From Raillietiella orientalis (Eukaryota), in NCBI GenBank assembly GCA_036172245.1, contig JAYWIR010000006.1:124001-188000 (forward strand): a stretch of 64,000 nucleotides of DNA. Reading direction: 5' to 3'. Under the pieces are notes generated by a model. The model made no database searches and was not told the DNA's origin. It worked only from the letters and a program-made list of their open reading frames with translations. Positions within the stretch are counted from its first letter, which is position 1. Every line of letters begins with the position of its first letter. Both the position numbers and the translations under genes were made by a program. Shown in pieces: positions 50,001 through 64,000 of this stretch.

Positions 50001-51011
50001 TTTCTCTCATCTTGGAGGAACGCTGAACTATAGCCATTTCCAGAAGTAATCATTATAAGAAGAAATTTCGAAGATAACAAGATAACAGTGAATCGAATGT
50101 GTTAGCTATTACCAAGATCTCATTTCTAGCTAATCATAAATAATACTCATTACTTTCCTTTATAAAGAAAAAAACACCACCAACGCCATTTTCAAAAAAG
50201 CAGATTTCCATTCAACAACGTACGCTACTGTAACTAGCACGTGTCAAGGAATAGACAAATATACTTGAAGCAATTTATTAAATTTTGTGCATATCAAATT
50301 GGTTCCCCAATCTACGTGCATAGTTTAAAATTATAAGGCACACATCAAAGTATTCCCATAGCGACACTTCGTCTCTTCGTAAATTAATAACTAATGATTT
50401 TTAGTCAGCTAAGGACGAGTGATCATTTGCAGAATATACAAAACACTCAGAAAGGGGTGTCTTTCCATTTTGCTATTTGTTCTCTTCGAATGATGCATTT
50501 TCTGTTGAGATCACTGTTTACTTCACGTATTTCAAAAACTTCAAAAGCAGGCTGTGCCTTCGTAGTAGGCGGCTGAACATTCCGGGTGGCGGTGGTTGAG
50601 GTTGAATGCAATGTTACATCATTTAAGAGAAAGACTGGTATATTATTTGGTATTGGTCATGTGCTGTTTAACTCGAATCATTTCTTTGTTTACGTACTCA
50701 GAATGATGCAAGTGCCTTTTGTGTACTTTTGTTTGAATTCAATTCAAAGATTAAAAGTCTACGAAAATCATGTTTGCCTTGTGTGCATCAGATAAAAATG
50801 TTTTCAGAAATTCTGTTATCGTTTATTGCATGGATGATGATCAGTGTATTTTTAGGTATCGAAGATTTGGTTTGAAAGTGCATTGTTTTCTCGGTTATTT
50901 GCATATATGACTTATTTGCGTCTTTGTAATGTACCGAGAATAAGTCAGATTCATTGTTTGTTTCTAGCATAAGTCTTAACATTGTTCTGTTAGTAAATAG
51001 TGCAACCAACA

Positions 51012-52062
51012 ATGTATAGTGATTTCTCCTGTACACGCAACTCACTGATCACACTAAATTTCTTCTACATTGTGAGTGCTCTTGTTAGTTTCTGCTTGAG
51101 ATGAAAAATGATGAACTGAATTTTAGATCATATCTGCTGTCCTTATTGCGGTAGGAGCATATGCCAAAGTTGCTGGTGTAGTCACCTCAATTTCAATTGC
51201 TGGAGGCTTAATAGTGTGTGGTGCATTTCTCTTTTTGCTTGCTATGCTGGGAATTGTGGGCACTCTTAAGCATCATCAAGTTCTGCTTTTTTTTGTATCC
51301 TTTTTGGCATTGATTTGTTAGTGATTAGCACATTCAGGGGGAAAGGAATTTTTAGATTTGAAAGATGGGCCAATAAGTTCATCAATAATTTTATTATCAA
51401 TGTTATCGTGATTTTTTCAAATATTGCAAAGTGTAGCATGAATACAGTGACTTGTGTTTTTGATACAATTTAAAATGAATTCCTTAATGATGTTAGTATA
51501 TGGTAATATTATTTCTCCTGTTTGTGATCCAATTCTCCATTGCTATTGCAGCACTATCCACCAGTACTGAAGGACAAAAAATCATAGCAGAGCAGGTATT
51601 GGGTAAATACGATGTTGTATTCTTTGAAAAGTGTATATCAGGGCTGGAATCACTCCAATAACAACACCAAAGCAGATGCACAAAACTGGTTTCAGTGCTG
51701 TGGTTTCAATTCCCATAATGAAAGTCACCCTTCTTGTGCCAAAGTAATGTTTTTTTTATTCTGCCTTGGAGTATCTGTTCCTCAGATTCCTGCATGCTGC
51801 CCAGCTGGTGAAGATGAAAATTGTTGTACTAATGGCTCAGCATGCAGCTGTCTTCCTTGCAGTGAAAAGTTATCACATACATTGTCATATATTCAATATG
51901 TGGGAGGTGGCACTGGGCTGTTCTTCAGTTTAACGGAGGTGAGAAAATCTCAATGATGCTGCTGGATTCTTTAAAGTAGAGTTCTAGTTTGTTGGGGTCT
52001 GGTTGTCTGCTCATTTCCGCAATCAGAAAGATCCCCACATTAATCCCAGTGCTTTTCTCTAA
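51012..52062 (+). CDS. TSPAN13/31: Tetraspanin-13/31-like (Tsp97E-like); exons 51012-51071, 51127-51294, 51497-51595, 51642-51743, 51786-51938, 51988-52062
   Basis: FSCTRNSLITLN, LKHHQVLLFF|YMVILFLLFVIQFSIA, CCG motif, GGGTGLFFSLTE, RNQKDPHINPSAFL; all exon lengths are multiples of 3. Confidence 0.93.
51295..51496 (+). other. U12-type (minor spliceosome) GT-AG intron
   Basis: 5' site GTATCCTTT; branch point TTCCTTAAT at 51480-51488 just before the AG. Confidence 0.92.
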
Positions 52063-52135
52063 CATGTAATCTGAGGTACTAACCACATTGTTAATTTATT
52101 CTCAAGAGCTACTGTGCTGCTTTCTTTTTTTGCAG

Positions 52136-52210
52136 ATTCTTGGCTTTTTATTAGCCTATCACTACCGCAATGTGCTCAATCCCAAGGCCAATCCTCATGC
52201 ACTGCTGTGA
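52136..52210 (+). CDS. Alternative duplicated terminal coding exon of the tetraspanin
   Basis: Polypyrimidine tract plus GCAG; 75 nt, same phase and length as 51988-52062; ILGFLLAYHYRNVLNPKANPHALL*. Confidence 0.8.
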   Translation: MLGFLLAYHYRNVLNPKANPHALL

Positions 52211-55200
52211 ATCCTTATAAACTGCAACTTCATTGTTTTGTTTTACCCGATTTTCTAGTCCCACGATCTTTCAAAATAAACTATTCATGGAGGTTTAAAT
52301 TATTTTTTACCTTATTTCATTCAAAACTGAACCTTTGGACTTGGGCATCACATATCAGGAATGTTCTTGAGTAATTAATGTGAAGTGTTTTGTACAGTTG
52401 GGTGTTGAGATCACTTACCTGAAGATCGCGTTTTTTTTTCTTTTTTGCTTTCTTCCTTGTTTTATTTTGTGAGATTCAAGATCTTTGAAATCCCTTGAAG
52501 TCAAAGTAAGAAAGTAAATTTGTGAATTGAAGAGGAATGAAAAAAAAAAAAACATTTTCCAGTGTTTATCTCCCATATCTATGATTTGAATTCACTGGCA
52601 AAGAAATTTCATTGTGCATCACATATATCTTCCATTAGTTAGCTCCTGAAGAAAGGATTGTAAATATTGAAGAAATAGCAACAGAGTGTTGATTGCCCTG
52701 TATTTTGATATTTTGATAGCAGTGACATACATCGAAATAGGCCTTCCGTACTTGAAAAGTTTCAATAAGTTTTTAAAGCCAATGTTACAGGTATTACGTG
52801 ATTTGATTGCAATTATCTGCACAAGCTATTTTCACAGACACCCAAATCATGTTTGATAATACTGTCTGTATAGCACGAATAAATATATTTTATTTAATTT
52901 CTTCTCATGTTCGTGTATTTGAATTCGTTCCTCAAATTTCAGCAAAAGATTCCAACATCTTGTATGTGAAAGAAAGTGCATTGCTTTTATTGTGCATTCT
53001 TAATAAAAGTTTTGAATTCTTACAGTCAAAGGCTAATATCACCTTTGCAAAGCTCAACAATTTTGTTCCAATTGGGTTGAGACAACATCCTATTAGAAGT
53101 TACAGTTTAGAAGATTTCTGAGTTCATGCGAATTTTCGAATACATGTTGGCAAGCATGTATTTGAAAATGAAAATTGCATGCTAAATTATTTGTGTTTTA
53201 GGAACAAGGTTCAGCCTCTACTTCATTGATTTATTCTTTAAATGGGTATTGCATGCTACAAATTTGTCAATTTCTCAGCAGCTTAACACACTGAACTTTA
53301 CAAAAATCCAATATTATTTTATGACTGTTGCAATATTTTCTGTGGGTTGCAGTATTCATGATGTACCTGATTCCAATGCAGTAGCACTATTAATCAGTAG
53401 CTTTGATGGTGAATTCATTAGCAATTCAAATTATTCATGCAAGTAACTGTTTGAAGATGTGTATGAACTCAGTTCAAAGAATAACAAGCAAACTCATAAC
53501 AGTTTTGTTTGCTCCGTGAATTACCAAAAATCAAGAAGTGGATTGTAAGTGCATTTCCAGTTTTCTTGGTTGTTTTTCAGTAAAGTAAATGTTGTCCAAA
53601 GGTCTTGAGGAATATTGGTTAGTGAATTTACCATTACACTTATAAACATCTGCACTTCACCTTATTTGACAAGATAGAGCAATCGCTTTTTTATTAATAA
53701 TTAAAAATATTTACAAAACAATCGTTCTCAGAAGGAACAAAACAACGTATTTAATAACGACTACATGTAACGATTTTTCACTAACACAATTTCCCATGGT
53801 GTTTTATCGTACCACATTCGTTCGCAAAGTAACGATTGCTAATATTTTTAAAAGTCTGCAAGTATAAAAGGCAGTAATAACTTTATTTTTGGCACTTATA
53901 ACCACCAATTCTGCTCTCAGGAGAAGGCTGCAAACGTGTTTTCTACTGCGATGTCTTTTAGCGTGGGAAATTCATCACTGCTAATAAGACACACATCAGT
54001 AAATTATGAATTGCAAATTTCTTAAATGAGTATTTAACAATATTGTATTTCTACATTCCATTCCATGGGAAGCAACAGTACAGAATGTAATTAAATGCTA
54101 TATTGTGAAATATTCGTATCCTGATTCAGTAAATTTCATCCACTGAGAAATAAAATGCCATGGTCATAAGAAAAATGTGCCCTAATACTAATTATGATTA
54201 ATGAACTCTAGAAAACCTCTGCAGCAAGCTCCAAGAATAATGTGTTGAATACTCGCAACTTGGTAATTTTGTAGTAGAAATTCAACATCAAAGAATGCAG
54301 ACATCAGAAAAAGCATTTGTTAAAAAAACACACAAACATCAGTCAATAACACTTTCAACATTAAATAAAGATGGTTTTGTTACTAAGGTTTACGTGAACC
54401 TTATTTGCAGAAATACATTATAAATAATGACAGTGTGACAGTGTTACACTAGAGTTTACAATGTTGCACTGTTTTGAACTCTATTTTACTGTGATGTAGT
54501 ACTGCCGTTACTATTAATTTCAGTAATGCGACTTGAAAAGATGTATTAGCAAGTGTACAAACATTTATTCGTAAGAACCTCGACCACTCATCTTCAAGAA
54601 CAACGAGCTTTAAGTGCAAGAAACAAGCTATCTTTTGTATTCCCATCAGTGAATTAAAACTTATTTACATAATAAAGCTTCGAAAAGTTAATGTTCATAT
54701 TTTAATTTAATGAACTCTTATCAAAAAAAATATCTAACTTTTCTTTGTTACATCTATATCAACCCTAACTCCCAAGTCAGAAATGAATCCAATGGTCATT
54801 CATGCATACTGTATGAACATGTAATAATTTTCATTAGTCATTATAAAATTAATTGGAATTATTAAAACTGTTTCGTAACTATTAAAAGTTGTTGCAATCC
54901 GCTATACTTATAGTATTAGTCCTTATGCATTTATTAAATCCACTGTGGTGATTTCTATTTCTCCTCGTGCACCTCAAGAAATGAAATATTTGCAAAAGTA
55001 TGCTTATTTGAGAAAGGAAAAGTTATGTTGTGATCCATTAGCAAAATTAATGACATTACTATACAGATTTCTGTAATTTTTGTACTATGATAAATGCACC
55101 TCCTGTATCTGCTTTAGATTTTTGTTCCGAAGCATGGCATGTTGATAAGAATTAAATTTTGTCTCTTTTCACGACATGTGGCATATATTATTGAAATAGT

Positions 55201-56152
55201 TCTTGAGGATTTTCATAACTTCGGAATTTTTTTCTACTCAAAATATGTAACTGATCCAAAAAATTTGAATTTTCGATTCTTGTGAAATCATGGTTTTATT
55301 TTCTCAAATAAGACAGTTGTTCAAGGTAATACAAAAGGGTTTGACGATTTCGATTTCTTCAGACGTTTTCTTGACATTAGAAAGCAATCGAGAATTTGGT
55401 ACAAAAATTCCCTTCCTCTAAAAGTATTATTTCGTTAACTGTAACTTAATAATCTTCATTGCTTTTGAGCTAATTCGAAAAGTATAAATGTAGAATCAAT
55501 ACGCTGCTAATGCCAAATTTGAGATTTCCTTCTCTACAGTAGTGTTTTAAGTAAAAGTTGTTTTTCAAGAGCAGTAGACTTGTGACAATAAAGAAGAAAT
55601 TTAAATATTTAAAGAAAGTCATTAATAGATCTGAATAGTTCTTTTTTTTTTCTTCTAAGGTACAGGTCCACCCTAATGCTTTTCCTTTTTCGTTTACTTA
55701 CTATTATCTATATAATCATCTGTTTGTATTTTCTTTAGCTACTAGAATGAATGAACAAAACGGAACCTTTTGAAGTCCTCCAAAAAATTCGATCTCCCAA
55801 GCTTCAGGTTTGTTGTTGGTAAACGAAATTAAGGAGAGGGACGGAGGGGGAAAGTTGATATTTAGGGTATCTGCTTTCAAACGGTCCATGTAACAACTTC
55901 AAGGGTCATTGTGACCCGGAAAGAATCCCCTTATTTGGATATTATCCTATTTATTTTCTCTACTAGGCCGTTTGCTTATCCGTTTACATGAATAGTATGT
56001 TTTCGAGAAATTAATTCCTTAATATTTGGTCCCCATTGCGGAAGTACCAGTTCATCTAACGTGTTCGGAAATGTGAAATGCCTAAAGATAATTGGTGTAT
56101 GCATGTGGGAACGTACTCAAATCGAAACTGTTGTAACATCGACAACGTTTCA

Positions 56153-61935
<5,783 letters not shown>

Positions 61936-64000
61936 TGTGTAAAGAAACCTATCTACTTCCTATACATAGTATACGCCTGTATACAGAATGTCACACAAAT
62001 AAATTATTGTTAGGATGTTTGTTGTTTTCATTTTGACAGCATAATGTATTCCTTTCTTTCTTGAGAATCCTTAGGAGATGAAGGCCCACTAAAAGACCAT
62101 CAGTACGCTCGCTGACAGTCATTATCACCTTTATCAGCTGTGTGTGTATTTGTGTGTGTTTTCCATGTTGGATAGTAATAGGCGGAGAAGGCAACGCACT
62201 TATGTGAACATTCTGAAGGATGGATTTTCCTAAATATGGCGGTGGGCAGAATGGAGAATATTTGTCAGTGATTACATTAAGCACTAATAAAATAAACGTG
62301 GCAGTAAAAAGCATCTTCGGGTTGATGATGTATGTAGGTTAACATCGTTTTCGTTGATGTAAGCGTCTGGTTTGGTTTTCAACGGCGGAAGTGCATTGAA
62401 TCAAAATTCTCTGAAGAATTCAAATGACTTGGCCTTGTCAACGGAAACATGAGATCCTGTTTGATGTTTTGCTTATTTGAGGAAAAAAAAAAAAAGCTGG
62501 GAACTCTGCTAGCATATGCCGATCGAGTGTCCGATTTTTTATTCTCTATTTTCAGTGAAAATGGTTCCTTTGATTCTGCCGCCAACTGAGCCGTGTCTTA
62601 GTTTCCGGCCTTGGTGTGTGCCTCATGAACTTTCGTTTGGACTGCACCCTGGACACCTTAATCAGACAAGGATGTCCGCCGACTGCTCACGGGAGCAGAC
62701 ATGTAGCTCACCGCGTTGCCCGGTCGTTAGTAAAAAGTGATCTTTGCGTGATGTCAATGGCTTTCGGCGAAGTGCTCCTGAGAAAAGGACGAATCATTGC
62801 GAGATAACAAAGTTAAGTTTGCCGTAACGAATAGAGGAGCCAGGTTTTTGTTGAAGATAACATTAAGAGCATTAACGTGCTATAATTTGTAGTGGTGAAA
62901 AAATAGGTATAAAAAAAACGCCGTGTAGCACAGTGTAACGGATGCTGGATATGTACTTGAATGGAGGCATAGCTGTGACATTTGCAGGTAGGTATAACGA
63001 GCACGCAACCTAAGATGGAAAGTTTCTAGTGAGAGTACTTGGAATTGGCGAGTCAAAGTCCTTTTTTATTTGATCAGATGGGGATAGGGTATTTGATTGT
63101 TTCCCTGTTTTTTCTTCCCGTGAAATTTTTTTTTTCTTTTTTGCATGCTGTAAATATTATCAAGCTGTCCTTTGTTACAGTCACAAAGCCCATAACATGT
63201 GATTTAAATACACATTAGATTTGCCAGCTACAGTTTTTCCGTGACTACAGTTATCAAAAAGCGAAACAATTTGTTGCGGATCTCGAAACAAAGAATTGCT
63301 GGCATCCCTTGATTGCTCATGGTTTCCAGGATTGCTGGTTTAACAGAGTTGACCAACTTTGTTGAACTGAGTGCAATTCTGGAAGCGCGTGCTGCCCTTC
63401 CGAAATGGCCTTTAAAGAAAAAGAATGGCTACTTTTAGATCAATTTTGAATCTCGAGTAAACGTGCTCTCGTATTGTATGTACATGCGGCCTGTCCTGAT
63501 TATAGTAGGATTAATATTGGGCATAAAGTTTGAACGGGACAGTCATATAGCATCGATCAAATTTCAGAATTTCATGCCATATGAAACAATTAGGTGAGTG
63601 TATAATGGGTGTTTTCGTACGCATTTGCCTTGGGACTATTTTCAAGACGTTAACCAGCAATAAGTGCATACCATTAGTCTGGTGATGGAAAACTTTTACC
63701 GCCATCTCTGTTGAATGTGTTATTGGTGATTCCATTCATCAGTTTCTTTATGTGCAGTATAATGCATTCAAGGCTTTATTGGACTGCATGGTTGTGAAGG
63801 TTTCGGTGAAAATAAGCGAATGTTGCAAACAAAAACCCTGGCATTCATTACGTAGAAAAATGAAATGTGCGAGATGAATGCATGCTTGTGTTCAAACTGT
63901 TGATTCATGTTGTGTCAAACAATACAGTATTTGTGCAGTAGCATTTCTAGTGGTATTTAGATTCATTTCTATGTTCATTCACTGATGTGGCTACCTTTGT

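Noticed and set aside
53400..55850. Possible small minus-strand gene divergent from Sec61-gamma
   Set aside because: Some splice-like signals but no consistent reading frame could be built

Overview
Eukaryotic genomic DNA, most likely a non-insect arthropod (inference from gene set and 42-56 nt introns). Positions 1-15.9 kb are a nested pile of L1/Tx1-clade non-LTR retrotransposon fragments. They hold three intronless, non-TE coding blocks that look like non-retroviral endogenous viral elements (EVEs). (1) A 4.4 kb block with an intact 897-codon ORF of unknown family. (2) A degraded 1.4 kb block that is a colinear, divergent homologue of block 1. (3) A partitivirus-like capsid segment preceded by what may be the 3' end of a second segment. 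All three are sense on +, opposite to the LINE pieces they are fused to. A spliced minus-strand transcript with no ORF in its first exons starts near 19.66 kb and points into this array, suggesting a uni-strand piRNA-cluster-like viral memory locus built by LINEs (hypothesis). Next come a piggyBac remnant and degenerate LINEs (20-30.5 kb, 42.5-48 kb). There are four host genes: a nucleoside-phosphorylase-domain gene (one GC-AG intron), HEXIM, a TSPAN13/31-like tetraspanin (U12 intron, duplicated last exon) and Sec61-gamma. All assignments come from reading the sequence; no database searches were run, and degenerate element boundaries are approximate.
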